DNA of 64,000 nt from Catajapyx aquilonaris (lineage: Eukaryota), in assembly GCA_000934665.2 (NCBI GenBank), contig KZ538484.1:1-64000 (forward strand), read 5' to 3'. This document shows positions 24,598-38,389 of the stretch, piece after piece; within the stretch, counting starts at the first letter, position 1, and every line of letters begins with the position of its first letter. The notes below the pieces were generated by a model, which ran no database searches, had not been told where the DNA came from, and worked only from the letters and a program-made list of their open reading frames with translations. The position numbers and the translations under genes are program-made.

Positions 24598-27042
24598 TAT
24601 ATGTTGTAAGGCATATGGACACCAGGCTTCAGTGAATTAAATGTTAACAAGATTTGTTATCTAACACAAAGATTGTGAGGTTCACGTCATTAAGAATGTG
24701 ATTAAGCATAATAATCATATCTACAGAGTGAGGTGCAATAATGCAGGATAACCTGTAAAAAATTTTATTGCTTCATGCAAATCATTACATTTTCCCTTTA
24801 AAAATGATATGAACAGGGTTAAATTATTTATTTCTTGGCGACATGATGTTAAGGGTCAATGATGCATTTGCATTTAGTAATTCAGCCCTCAAATACACAA
24901 CACTACCCTTTTGTATGTCTCTAAATTTTTATATTGCAATGTGTTCTCATTAAATGGGAAACTTGACGTACCCAAGATATTTCCATTTCAGTCATGCTTA
25001 ACACATCTTCATGGAAATAATTCATGGTAATAATAATTTAGCCATATCTCAAACATCACACAGGAATTAACATGTAATAATGGTCAACCAAATGATTAGA
25101 TAAGTGAAATATGTTGTGAAGTACAGTTTAAATGTAGAATTGTGTGACAATTAGTCTACCCATGCTCCTGGTATGAAATTAATTTTGGTTTCCAATATGG
25201 CCATCACACTTAAGAGATTAGTTGGGTGTCATTATAGTGTCAGCTGAATGTGTTCATAGACTGGGATGTTGCTTTAATTTTTTTATATGTGATCACCATT
25301 TGTTATTTACTGATTACTTTTGCTGCACTTGTACTAGTAGGTGTTGCCCTAGTGTTGCCCAGTTTGGCTCCCAGTCTCATATGCTTAGGAGTGAATGTTT
25401 CTTGGAATGTCCAGCTGTAGTACCTCTAATTTTGGTTGGCCTATGCCAACATATTGGTAAAGGTACTGTTTCTGGTATGGTTGAGAAGAACTTTATGCGT
25501 AAGACTAGCCAACCATTTGTTCCAAACTGATCTCCCTATACTTCTCTTTCCTATGAACAATTTCAAAAAAAAACAAAAAAAAAATGAACTGAAGATGAAT
25601 GTGAAGCCACATTGAGCCAAGGGATGCAGGAAATTTACTTATGAGCATTTGATTCTGATATTACATTAGTTAATTTCTTAAATCTTATGTTCCCAGTGAC
25701 GTGGTCAAAAGAGTTGTACATAGTGTATAAGTCTACTAGACTAGCTCTGTATGTACCTATATATACTTTCTCTTGTGCCTTTCATGTGCTTGAACTAATC
25801 GGCTCATCATTCTCCTTTTTTCTTGATTTAATAATAATTTATCATGATATTATTTTCTCCAGATTTCTTTTGCAGTTGAAGTTTTCACAAGTAGACCAAA
25901 AATAAATGTAAATGCTCAAATCAATCCTTTCAGTGTGGGAAATGAGCCAGTCCATCACATTTGTTTTCCTTACATTTTGAGAGATTTTAGTTGGACCAGC
26001 TCATGTTCCCCAGGTACAGTATATCCTACTAAGATGTGTGCACATAATGTATATTTTAACCATGAAAAAATGTCCCTTTATTTGTAACAATGATGAGTGG
26101 AATGAAAACCGATACAACAGCCAACCACAATAAGCAATACTTTCTTCAAGGCTAACTCTACGAGTATATATTGAAGCAAAAAATATGAAACCTTCACCCT
26201 TTCCCCCTCCCCAACATAAAAGAATATTAAAACATCAAGGGAAGTTGTACAGGACATGCGGAGTTGTTATATTTATCGGGGTAAACCATGTGTTGACTTC
26301 CTGATGAATTACAATAAATAAGTTTAAAAGAGTTAATTTGTTTACATAATGAATGAAATGTAACCTGTTTGTCTTCATAAATTGGAAAAAGTAATATGGG
26401 ATGAGGAAAATCAGACAAGCTAATTGGTTTGGTGTCTCATACAAGTGTGTCTGCTGATGGGTGATTCCAGCAGAGATGGACCAAAGCATATCTCCCTGTT
26501 TCCGGCGGGGAACAACTTTCCTTCCCGCCAAGTCGGGGGAGTCCCCCGATCAGCCAGGTCCCCCGATCAGCCAGAGCGTAGGTAGAATGGCGGGAGTAGT
26601 CCGGGCCATGGTTGCCGGTGGGGAATTTGGATTCTAATCAGGATTTTGACTGAATTTTCCAGGGTACAGATAAACCAAAGCAATATTATGTAGCTGCATG
26701 TCTACAATCACACAAAGTAGCAAAATCTTGAAAGAAACTGGTAGCTATTATTTAAATGGCCTTTTATGTCAGTAAATATTTCCTCAAGAAATTGAAGTGA
26801 AATTCAATTAACAAATTTCCTGGGTCTGATAAATTATTGGTAACACCTTATTCCCAGATATGAGCTGTACATTGGAGTACCAGTAGTTTATAGCCACACA
26901 TACTTTTTCTTTGTTTCAGCATAACCTATTGGTAATCACTTTCATTAATTATTTAATTCCACCATGCCAGTAATATTTCTAATGCCCCCATGTGGAGGGA
27001 TGTCCCCTTACCACATGGAGGAAATTGCCCAAGGCTTCAATA

Positions 27043-27193
27043 CAAGGGGTTAACCACTCGACTGTAAAGTGTACACTGGAGTACCAAATTCAAGGAGTAG
27101 GCTACCAAGGAGTACCAAAGTGTAAGGTACCTAAGGAGTACCTGGGAGTACAACTGCAGGTGTACACCAGATACCAAAGTGGTTAACCCCTTG
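27043..27193. mobile_element. 8-bp-TSD MITE (hAT or P-like)
   Basis: TIR CAAGGGGTTAACCACT; TSD CTTCAATA. Confidence 0.85.
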
Positions 27194-27389
27194 CTTCAAT
27201 ACCTAGCATCTGCGGTGATGATCTTCCATATCCTTCATCCAGGTGTACAGGGAATGATGTCATATTGTGGGCCAGGTTGTCTCATAATTATCATGGAATT
27301 TTGAGCTTTCTCAACCAAAATTCACTGGAGGAATAATTTTCTCTGCTACTAGACAAATCATTGCCGTCTGACTCAGGCCATCATCACTC

Positions 27390-27580
27390 CGGATGTAGCA
27401 GTTCCCCTCGACAACCAGATAATCATATTTAAAGTACATTAATTTTTCCCAATTTTCTCTAGCATCATGCAGGAATTTATGGTGATAACGTCTTTCTTTT
27501 CTTGCGAACTCTCAGTGACTAATTTTCACTGTACAGAGAGGTTTGTGCCTCAGATATTTCTCACCTGGGACCTGTTTCTG
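27390..27580 (-). mobile_element. Degenerate LINE ORF1-like remnant
   Basis: Frameshifted - strand translation GTNLSV / SLRVRKKRKTL / FLHDAREN...KYDYLVVEG resembles the CR1/L2 ORF1 C-terminus as recalled. Confidence 0.4.
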
Positions 27581-27824
27581 TAGGTTTCGGTTCTTTAAGT
27601 CACATTACAACTCTTTCTGTCAACACAATTACGCAAATGTCATCGAATTGCGGGTATTTTTTTGTTTTCCGAACAATCGTCAATACACACCCCACCGTAC
27701 AAACCGAGCTGTACAAATCTGGGAATTCTGTCCTGGAAATATCAGGAATTTTTTTTCCTTTGGTTTGCTAGACACCCTGATGAAAGAGAGGTTGTGTAGG
27801 GTCCCTGATTGTAGGGGACTCTTA

Positions 27825-28042
27825 GGCCCGGTTCACACGTGGCTACTTTTAGTGGCAGCAACTGGCCAGCGCTCATAGCAACTGACTACTTTTGGAAATA
27901 CACAGGATTGAATGAGAGCATTCACATGTGCCCATTAGCCATGCACTCTCTCATTCAATCATGTGTAATTCCAAAAGAGTGGTCAGCAGTTGCTGTGGCC
28001 AGTTGCTGCCACTAAACGTGGCCATCACATGGGAAGCGGGCC
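27825..28042. mobile_element. PIF/Harbinger-type MITE, diverged
   Basis: GGCCCGGTTCACA...GGGAAGCGGGCC palindrome. Confidence 0.7.
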
Positions 28043-28138
28043 TACCCTGCTGTGAGAGGGATTCTCAATGGGTTACCCTGGAAACCATTTGGCAGCAGGG
28101 ATTAAAGTGAGGTTTCTCCAAACTGTTCAGCAGTGTTA

Positions 28139-28290
28139 GGGTCGTTTTCTCGAACAGTAGTGTGGTTCAAATGTAAACCGGGTTCAAAGCCAGTTTAATC
28201 TCTGATTTGATTGTTGTTAGGCTGTTGTCAAGGGTTTAAACCGGCTTTGAACTGGGTTTACATTTGAACCACTGTTCGAGAAAACGGCCC
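28139..28290. mobile_element. PIF/Harbinger-type MITE
   Basis: GGGYCGTTTTCTCGAAC TIR; TTA TSD; second copy at 48059. Confidence 0.9.
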
Positions 28291-28658
28291 TTAGTAGCAG
28301 AGTTAATGTGCTATTAATGTTATTAACACGAACTACAGTTAATTTGGTTTGTTCACATTGGCATGGAAACTTAATGACCCACTGCAAGCTATATAGGAGC
28401 AGTTTGAGCCTCAAACTGCACCATTATTTCAGTCTAAACTCTAATGATCCCAGTTCAAAAACCTGCAGGACCTCGCATATGAGGCACGTTGCCCTCAATA
28501 AAGGGCTAATATCACTCATACATCGAATTTGTGACAATAATGAAAAAAACGGCTCAAAAACCTGTCAAAAACCCCGCCGTCAAAGGGTCCATTCTTAATT
28601 ACTGGGATCAGCTATGTTAAAAAGCAGGACCAAATGGAGTGCAAACTTTGCACTCCAA

Positions 28659-29572
28659 CCCCAGTGAAAAGATCCACATGGATCATGTGGATATCCACAT
28701 GGATCCATGTGGATTATGTGGATGTCCATATGGATCTGGTCCACGTCCATGTGATCCTCATGGATCTGGTCCACGTCCATGATCCTCCTGAAAAGATCCT
28801 CATGGATTATGTGGATATCCATGTGGATCTGGTCCACGTCCAACTGCTCCATGTGATCCTCATGGATCCTGTCCAACTTCTCCATGTGATCCTCATGGAT
28901 CCTATCCATATCCACGTGGATCCATGTGGATATCCGTATGGATCAGGTCCATGTCCACGTGATCCTCATGGATCCATGTGGACATGCCCTTCTTGCACTG
29001 AGCTGAGCTGGTTGTTCTCACATAATTAATTTTAACGCCTCACCGAAAACGGTAATCACAAAAACAACTTGTACAACATCAGGAAATATATACTACCAAT
29101 GAAACCTAATTATCAGGCAGCCTGTATCAGTCCGGGTTAAATCGTGGCATGCATAGTAATAACCATTCTCATCCTTGAGCTAGTCCCATGACGACATGAG
29201 GAGTAAGTCCGGTGAGTGATGCGAAAATTTAAGATCATAGTCATCATACTATACAGCAATAGGACTAATAATGAAGACGTCGAAGGCTCTGTCAAAAATA
29301 AGTGTGTGACTGTGTGCAATGAACTGTGTAATGTTACTTAATACCTGCCTAGGAGTATTCTCATGGATGGTACACATGGATCTGCATGGATGGTCCACAT
29401 AGATCCACAAGGATGATCCACATAGATCCACAAGGATGATCCACATAGGTCCACGAGGATGGTCCACCTAGATCCACATGGCTCCATGAGGATGGTCCAC
29501 GTGGATACGCGTGGACTTTTCGTGGCCGAAAAGTCCACATGGATCTATGTGGATGTCCATGTCACGCAGTTT
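28659..29572. mobile_element. CACTA-like element with ATCCACATGGAT-type repeat arrays
   Basis: CCCCAGTGAAAA left end; two oppositely biased arrays (28670-28985, 29360-29560); right terminus not evident. Confidence 0.55.
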
Positions 29573-29905
29573 GGAATTCATCAGATAATAATATATTGGA
29601 ATGCAAATTGCACCTTTGCATCCGAATATTTCGACCCCTGCTATGGTGTATTATGATTGTCTATATAGCCAAGGTACAGCAGCACCCTTTGTTTTCTACG
29701 TTATGACCCTCATCAAGACATATTTAGCTAGCTTTGCCCAGGCTTTGCCACGTTTATTATTGTAACCTCAAAAATCCCCCCCCCCCNCTCTCAACATCCA
29801 TTTTGGCAATGATGCTGTCATATCTGTATAGGCGTTCTGGATTAACTAATCGCAGCCCGGTTGTCTAAAACCGTCTCTGTAAAACTCGTCTCCAGTTGCG
29901 CTATG

Positions 29906-30122
29906 ACATTATTGTACCTCATTTACATTATTGTACATCATTGTACATCATTTACATTATTGTACATCATTTACATTGTTGTACATCATTTACATTGTTG
30001 TACATCATTTACATTGTTGTACATCATTTACATTATTGTACATCATTTACATTGTTGTACATCATTTACATTGTTGTACATCATTTACATTGTTGTACAT
30101 CATTTACATTGTTGCACATCAT
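29906..30122. repeat. 20-bp minisatellite (TTTACATTGTTGTACATCAT)n, about 11 copies
   Basis: Seen directly. Confidence 0.95.
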
Positions 30123-30689
30123 CATTGGGGAATTGATGGGTTCATACAACTGGACCCATTACGGCGCTGATATGTGTGTAAATCACTTTCTCAATCCAAA
30201 GAACTTTTTACACAGTAGCAGAGGAAAAATATTTTATCATCTCTAGCATTTAACCCGCAGTACAGGTACACCCTGCTGTGTACTCTGTTATTGTCTTGCA
30301 TATTGCGACCGCCACAATATCAAAGTGCTACTTTTAACAATAATGTTTACGAAACTAATGCTCTCGACTCAAAAACCTTATCTTGACCTTGCCCAGTCAG
30401 AATGACAGTATAATCTGTTGCAAAATTCAGCATAGCAATAGGTTCCCTTCGAGATTTAAATCAGATTTAAATAGTTTGTACACCTGCACCAAAGCTAATA
30501 TAACAAGTAACCGTGATTCTGAAATTAGCTATAATTGGCCTAACCTCAAAACGCTACTTGATTACATTATTTTTAGACGCAATCTCCAACTTTGACATAA
30601 CATCAAATATAAACATAAGATATAATCTTTCTTAATTATGCACATTGTTTCAAGCCACACTTGGCCTCATCTGGCCCCTTGTCTTCTCA

Positions 30690-31110
30690 CCGTGCTCCTC
30701 AGGACAAAACAAATTCGTAAATCATAATCCGTGTATGTGAAAGCACGCATGCGTCTGATTCCGAAGAGCATACCAATCTTAGCGTACCCCCCAGCTGAAT
30801 GCGCATGCGTAATTTGTACTTCTCGTGATGTTACAACTGCAAATCCCCGCCAGCCAATCCCGTAGGAAGAGAAGGCTGGACAGCTGAATCCCGTACTTGC
30901 CCCCTCTCCCATTATTAGAATTTCCCCCCCTCTCTCCCTCCCTCCCTTCCACCCTAGACACCAGCCACTCAGCCAGTCCGCGCCAGGCAACCTTTTCTGG
31001 GTAATGGTAGATTGGTTTGTGCTGTGTTGTTTCTTGCCGCACCCTCGTGCATTGTTGTGTATGGTGTGTGCCGTCACTTGCTGGTATGTGTACACGTCGT
31101 GAGTGAACCG
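30690..31110. promoter_or_regulatory. Probable FBXW7/ago promoter and non-coding exon 1; possibly bidirectional
   Basis: Local CpG enrichment; NRF1/Ewg-like CGCATGCG motifs at about 30746 and 30802; CCAAT at 30773 and 30854, ATTGG at 31011; + donor CTG|GTATGT at 31084; - donor CG|GTGAGA at 30690. Confidence 0.55.
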
Positions 31111-33015
31111 AAGATGGAGAGAAAATCGGAAGAAAGGAAAAAAGTTTTGGTGACAGAGGGGGAGCTAAGGCTTGTTTCGGGGAGAGGAGAAGCAGGAGGT
31201 GGGGTCACTGAGAGGTCACTTATGAACTTGGGGAAATTGTGGGACAGAGGTTGACCCCGGGGCGAGAAGGCATATGTGGCAGTTTAGACGTCTGGGGAAA
31301 TACAATGGGAATTGTGTTGTAATGAAATTGTGATAGGCCTGCATTTTGACATGGGCCTGTTGTGAGTGATTAGTGCAATGTGGTTGTGATGTTTTCACAT
31401 GTGACTGAAGTGTAGCATGAGATGGTCACCATGTTGAGTTTACACATCGTCACTACGACTTTAGGGCATCTTGCCCTTAGGCTACAATCAAATGTTTCGG
31501 TTATTTTTAGGAGTACAACAAGTTTAGGAGTTGTGGGAGTTAATAACCACCAGAATGTATTCACATTATGGCCTATTTTCATATTCATGAGAAGTGACAT
31601 GTCCAGCTAAGGCCTATTTGCAACCAGGAAATCATTTTGGACACATTTCTGTGACAGCCACTAGGTTCAACAATGGTTTCCAGGCACAAATTGACTTGGT
31701 GCTGGCCAGAGAGGTCATTTACCACTATGAGGACAAGCCACTAGCTGGCCATAACAGTGAACACTTATAACTCAGAGCAGTAATTATGCTAAATGAGGTG
31801 CCACAGAATCTGTGTATTTAACTGACTAGGAATTAAATCACATACTTTATACTGATTTGGAAGGTGAAAGAAACTTAATTTTCAAAAATAAGCATAAATA
31901 AACATTAGAAGATATAGTTAAAGTTTAAAACATAATAAAATGTCATCACACTTCCATTTCATCATCTTCCACTTCCCTCTCTCAGCGTCGTCTTGTCTCT
32001 GCCTCCTACACCAGCACCCATTCCAAATATCTCATTTACCTAATCTTGGATGACTACAGAGAAAAGTTTGAACCTGCTTTTTTAGATCATGAGTCAAATA
32101 CATGTACAGAGCTATCAAAGTTGGTTGGCAACTTAAAATTTTAAATTGTTTATATCTTGCATTCATCATCAATTATGGTATTGATTGGCATGGTATGTTT
32201 GTATTAGTGATCATAATTTCCTGCAATGACTGCCTTTATGTTGTGGATTCATCATTAGCTGAATGTATCCTTTGTGAATATTAATGCTTGTGCAGTTGTA
32301 CCCAAGTTGTATACCTGTTGTAGGATATGAAAACTGGATTTTGCTGAAGTTCTGCACTCAGTAGGGGCCTTAACTGGCCTTTATTTCTAATACAAAAATG
32401 TGACACCTCACATGGCATAATTACTCTGTGTTTGGGGGATGAGTTGCATGCTAAGAAGTTACCCACATCTTACTGAGAATTGTCATTCTTGAACCAATCG
32501 AAGTGTAGACTGATTTGCCCATGGTTAGGACCTAGTACAGGGAAACCTTATTACAGTGGATTTGCTCCTTTCCGGAAAAAATCATTATACTGCACAAGTT
32601 TCTACTACATGCAACAGAAATGCCTGAAAGCATACAGTGGGATCAAAGAAAAGCTATGCCATGGACATGTTACCATGCCATTCCGGGTCTGTTACAGACA
32701 ATTGAAATCCAAAACGGTTCCCAAAAACTGGATTATTTCAAAAGAATTGTGGTCATATGGATCGCCAGACATGATCCCTCTAGATAATCTTACTGGGTCA
32801 TCTGAAAGGAAGAGTGTACACTAACAAACCCAAGCCAATTTGAACAGGTGAAAAAGAACATCAAATTTGAGGTTGCAGTAATTTTTATTCATGGTGCTTC
32901 AGCAATTTTTTTCCAATATGGTGTGTCACATAACTGGGAAGTAGATGGTGGACATTTTCAACGTGTAATGTGGATTTGTTCTCATGATGTGAGACATCAT
33001 ATTATATACTTTATA

Positions 33016-33460
33016 CAGGGTGAAGGGAAACTCGCGCCCAAATCTCCAGGTAGATTGATAGTACTCGCAAAGCTAATATAGGGATGTGCAATTAGTTTTT
33101 GGCACAGTTGCGTAGTTAATGCGTATGGCGCCTTTAAAGTGTAGAGGGCCGGATGGTAAAATATGAGGTAAAAAATGACAAGTGCATGGGTGTTGTACCC
33201 GGATTCTTACTTTGATAGGATTTGATCACATATTACACATGGACAATGTGTTACGAACCCAAGGCGGGATTGTTCGGAGGCCCTCGAGATGGCTTTTGTT
33301 TCTTTGTAGCTGGCGGAACGGAGGTGACGTCACGAAACTTTGACGCCGCCGTACGAATTAACTATGCAACGGCGCCCAAAACTAATTGCACATCCCTATA
33401 TTAGTTTTACGAGTACTATAAGTCTACCTGGCGATTTGGCGCGAGTTTCCCTTCACGCTG
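33016..33460. mobile_element. Tc1-type MITE
   Basis: TA-CAGGGTGAAGGGAAACTCGCG...CGCGAGTTTCCCTTCACGCTG-TA. Confidence 0.85.
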
Positions 33461-33521
33461 TATAGTTGTGCTCATATTCTCCTGATTTATTTGACAAGGA
33501 CAGAGTTTCATAGTGGGTTAT

Positions 33522-34368
33522 TCCTTTGTCTCCCGTGGCCCATTTTGGTTGCATTATAATGCAACAAAATGAAATATTTTTTAAAAATACACTGGTATAA
33601 CCCCAACGGAAATTTCTTTTGCCATAGAAACTAGAAGAGTTACCTAAGGCTATGTCCATGAGTATTTACGCTACTCGCATGATATTTTTAATGGCAAGAC
33701 GTCATAGGCCAAAGGTCTCATTCATTGTAAACAAACATTTACTCCATGAATTTAAATACACATAGCTCCCTACCACATATTTCCCTATAAGTAGACGTGC
33801 AGGTGAAAACCATTTAAAAATTCCTGAGATTCTGTGACTTTTTGCCAGGGAAAAAATCTGAACAATCTGTGAAGGGTAGGCAATCTCCCCTGGTGCCATT
33901 TTGGTCATGAAAAGTATCCTCACTCCTGATTGGCAGGACGGACTGCTCCTAGCTCTTGGCGGTGCCCGCTTGACACCTGAGCCGCCTTTTGTTGCACCTG
34001 GCGGATCACATTACTTCCTTTTAAACCGGACCTTTAAAATTATTTAAGCGGACACGTTATGGTTTCATAATTCATCAGAGAGACTGGGCAATCATATCTA
34101 ATTATCTTGAATTTTTTAGAGGGGTGGAAGCCGCCTAAAAAGAACCCGCGTAGATGTGGCAATAGGATGACGGTACCGTCTTGTGCATAGTATATGAGGC
34201 GGTTGATGCCCTCTCTTGATATGCAACGTAGGTTGGTATGTCTCGCAATGTTCAGACCCCTCTTGTGCATGAATCGAGAGCGAAACCAATGGTGCCCGTG
34301 ATTTTCATCTAGGGCACTCTTTTTAAACCCCCACCCAAAGAGTGCATTATCAAGTGGGAGACAAAGGG
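33522..34368. mobile_element. piggyBac-like non-autonomous element
   Basis: CCTTTGTCTCCC...GGGAGACAAAGGG-TTAA; longer copy at 54995. Confidence 0.85.
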
Positions 34369-36108
34369 TTAAAAACTCTATATTGTGATCCAATAAAAAG
34401 TAAGGACACCCTTCACATGCTACTGTCAGTGTTACTAAACTGCACTGTACAATTAGTGTCTACACTGTTCGTGTGCCACTAATATGAAAACTGGTTTTGG
34501 AACACTGGCTTCTGAGTTCCAAGAAGTTAATTCAGAATTGTCTACATCGATGCAGCGCAGTGCGCTAGAGTAAACAAGCAATCTGAATGCAGTGCAGGGC
34601 TGCCTAGTCCATAATTACTGAGGTAGTGTGACTGTTACTATGCTGCAGAAGTACCTCTCTAATACAGTGGGTTTGGTTCCAGACCACTGCTGTGAAGCTC
34701 ATCATAGTCTTTCTTCACATGCTAGTGCATATAAAATCCTTATCACACGTTAAGGTCACAATAGCTCGAGACTTTAAAAAAAGATATACAAGTTAGGAAA
34801 TGATGCCAGTTGTGTCACTCAACTGATGTGTGAATCACTGCACCACTAGATGAATTTGAGCTAGCACTGGTTCATATAACAATTTCTTTAGTCCAATATT
34901 CTCTGATTTAAAAATTGTTACATTTTAGAAGCATGTAGAGAACTACTCTAAATGACACCTGTCTGGATTTTATTTTTCCATTTAAGGTGTAAATGATACT
35001 ATGGCCCCACACGCAAAGAATAACACAAAATGTTACGCACAGCCAATTTACTATGTGTTGCATATTATTAACAGCTTACTATTGCACCAGTTGCTCTTGC
35101 ATAGTAGGCTTACATTTTCGACCTGAACCTTCACACATCAGGACTGTTGACACTGTTGCTTAGTGTGAAGGTTGAGGTTGGACCTTCCCTGCAATCTCAT
35201 GCACATCAACATTTAAGTTACTTACTGCAATTTGCAGACCATGATGCAGATGATCATCTGTCATCCTACACTTAGATTTCATGAATTTCATTCTTGAGAA
35301 GGTTACCAGGGGTAGGTGGTGTCCTCTGTGCTGGGCCGGCCAAAGTGAAGGCGGCCGATTCAAACAGATTATTTGTTTTTATATATGTTAATTTTTAAAA
35401 TAGGTGAATGTGTCGCCGGGCCACACAGAGTCGGGCTGCGGGTTGCCGACCGCTGCTATAATATAATCCATATGATCAATGTGTAAAAATAATCAACCTC
35501 TTAGTTGGTAGTGGAGGGGTATTTTTTTTCTCCCACAAGGGGGAAGATATGGCAGAAAAATGTGTCACATCCCCTTATGCATGCTTGTAAGTGCGGGGCA
35601 AACTGAACGACTGAAGGAATTTGCCTTGATCCTTTGTAATGTTTGGAGGATTCCTCCCTAAGAGCAGGCTGAATGTGGGATTGGTCACATTCTATGCCCT
35701 GTGCAACAGATGACCTTGCATATTCTCACAGCCCTATACTCGCACATTTTTCACGGTAACATTATTGTAGTACAGTACCAGATGCATTCCAAAAAATTTG
35801 ACAAGGATGAAAATTCTGGAAATGTACCTCGGTTATTGTGGCATGCCAGCCACCTCCGGGATATACCAGCATGCTGGTTGACCTGGTTTGATTCCAGCAT
35901 GCCACTGTAAGGTGTGAAGTAATATGAGGTAATATGGTATATACAGTTAAACCTTGATATAACACTCTTCAAGGGACTACCCAAAAGTAGTGTTATAAGA
36001 GGGAATTCGTTACATGCGGGAAATGCAATTTAATGAACCCTTCTCAGGAAATGAATGCCTTCACTATTGCTATGTAGATGGATGCTTATAAACCACATTA
36101 ACCTAAAC

Positions 36109-36165
36109 CAATGGTTTCCAACCTGGGGGTCGCAGGCAGGGTCACGGGGGGTCGCGAGCCTTCGT

Positions 36166-36199
<34 letters not shown>

Positions 36200-36294
36200 N
36201 NNNNNNNNNNNNNNNNNNNNNNNNNNNNNNNGGGTCGCACATTTATGGAAACATGTTTAGGGGGTCACAGTTGGTAAAAGGTTGGAAACCACTG
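36109..36294. mobile_element. hAT MITE spanning an assembly gap
   Basis: TSD ACCTAAAC; TIR CARTGGTTTCCAACCT. Confidence 0.85.
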
Positions 36295-36715
36295 ACCTAA
36301 ACTGACCTGCCAACGTACCAAGTAGATCATGAAAATAACCCCTGAAGCACCGAAAACAATAGTGACTAACCAGGGTCATGGTTCACACAAGCTGCCTCTC
36401 TGTAATGTTGACATGTTTAACACTTGGCTACAAGTCCCGCCACCTTACACCATGCCACACAGGCCCTCATACATCTAAAGTAGGCCTACATGGAAAGTGT
36501 TATGCATCACTTGTTGTCAATAATTGCTCATCGCTCCCATACCGACAGCCTGTTTTCAAGTCCCTCCCTCCCTTCCTCCACGGGTCTCAGGCTAGATCCA
36601 GCTAGGACTCAGCAAGCCTATCAGCTCAGCAGTCTCTCCCCGCCATTGCCACATCACTTGCCCAACCAACCCTCTTCTGGCCCTCTATGTACTCACGATG
36701 CACCTTTTGATGTTA

Positions 36716-37082
36716 CAGTAAAGCATCGATTATCCGAAACAATTGGGGGCTGGGGGTGTTCGGATAACTGACTTTTCGGATAACCGATCATTTGCGGGGT
36801 GAAATGGTATACCGGTGTCATAGGAGCAATATGAAACAAAGAAACTGATATTAAACACACAACTGTATAGCGAAGGCTCTCACGCCACTGACGACGCGAG
36901 GTTGGTCACGTAGGCTGGTTGGCAGGGAGGGGGTGAGCGCTGCAGCGCCACAGCACTAGTGGCTGCTAACAGAACTAAATGGAACGCAAATTTGAATTTG
37001 CGACTCGAGCGCTTTCGGTTAACGATGTTTCGGTTGATTATTGTTTCGGTTGATCAGTATTCAGATAATCGATGCTCTACTG
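36716..37082. mobile_element. pogo/Tigger-like MITE
   Basis: TA-CAGTAAAGCATCGATTATC...GATAATCGATGCTCTACTG-TA. Confidence 0.8.
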
Positions 37083-37317
37083 TATATGCGGGAAAAGTTT
37101 CTCTGGGGAACAGGAAAACTGAGCTGTATATGCAGGAAAGCGTTGAAAGTGGGCAGCGCTATAAGCGGGAAAATTTATCATATGACCTTCTGGGGATGAG
37201 GGCCCGGGAAAAGGGAGCGTTAAAAGTGGAATATCATTATATGAGGGAGTGTTATATCGAGATTTTACTGTTTTTTTATTTCAACTAACTTTTTTGTCTT
37301 CTAGGTTTGGCTGGATA

Positions 37318-37830
37318 ATGGCCTCATCTTGCTCAGAAGTGGCAAGTTGCAAAGAATCCCAAGATGCATCATTCAGTGGTAGTGGTGAAAACAATGGGGG
37401 GGATGCTAGTTCCACATCTAGCAGTACTGGTGCCAGTAACGCCAGTGGCGAGTGTGGTGATTCTCAGGTTGAACCAGACAATAATGAAATTGGGGAAGGA
37501 GTTGAGGATAGAACCTCTTTGGTGGTAGCTCTCTCCAGTTGTTGCAAAGTGGACGATGAAAATGTGGAGAAGTCTGATGAGGAGGAGGAGGAGGAGGAGG
37601 AGGAGGAAGAAGAAGGAGAAGAAGACGATCTTGCATGGTTCAATGATGATGAAGAGGAAGAAGGTAGTGGAAATGTAGGAGGGGATGAAGAGGAGGTACT
37701 TCTAGAGGAACCTGATGAAAAAGGAGACAATACCATTGAATTGAGTGATCAGGAGGAGAGTGAAGTGGAGGAGATATTGACCTCGTCATCCATAGGTGTT
37801 TCTGAAACTTGTGCCAATATTAACATCTTG
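37318..37830 (+). CDS. FBXW7: FBXW7/archipelago first coding exon (exon starts 37305); acidic N-terminus
   Basis: ttctag| acceptor ending 37304, ATG at 37318, poly-Glu tract, TTG|gtaagt donor. Confidence 0.75.
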
Positions 37831-38052
37831 GTAAGTGCAACTTTCTTTTTCATGTAACAGTTGCAGAGACCTGAATACCCAACATTACATTGTCAAACTC
37901 ATAACTAATAAGCATAATTAGGTTCCATCATCATCCGCTTTCAGCTAGCAAAGTCACAGACATCTGTACAGGCATTATTTCTAAAAAGGGATCTTCTAGA
38001 ATTGATTTTGGCAATGTACCGCAATAATTTTGAGGGCAAGTTGTTGCTAGTA

Positions 38053-38389
38053 CAGGTAGTCCTCGGTTTACTAACGACCCGACTTATGGTGATCTGTATT
38101 TACGAATGGGCTCCCAAGGCTCCCCAGAAGGATATAATTCATTATATTATCCCTTCACTTTCAATCACTTCTGGATACGTTGACCGATTCCAAGTTCAAC
38201 ATAAATAATTGGGAAACGATGTTTTTCCACGCATATAAACAAACACACATGATGTAAGCGGTTTGTTGAATATGTATTTGTTTTTAAACTGTATGTATAC
38301 TCAGTTTCTCAGGGTTCCGGTTTATGTACAAATCTGACTTATGGACATTTTCAGGAACGTAACCCCGTTCATAGACCGGGGACTACCTG
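38053..38389. mobile_element. pogo/Tigger-like MITE
   Basis: TA-CAGGTAGTCC...GGACTACCTG-TA. Confidence 0.8.

Noticed and set aside
29122..29256. Minus-strand box C/D snoRNA-like pattern (CTGTA..ATGATGA...CTGA TACAG)
   Set aside because: Stem-to-box C spacing is non-canonical, I recognise no rRNA/snRNA guide, and it sits inside a TE. An Rfam/snoScan hit would reverse this.
28595..29572. His/Asp-rich repetitive ORFs and a CRISPR-like periodic look
   Set aside because: Degenerate short palindromic TE subrepeats with no unique spacers, in eukaryotic context; the ORFs on both strands are repeat artefacts.
29861..30246. His/Cys-rich ORFs in three frames
   Set aside because: Translation of the 20-bp minisatellite.
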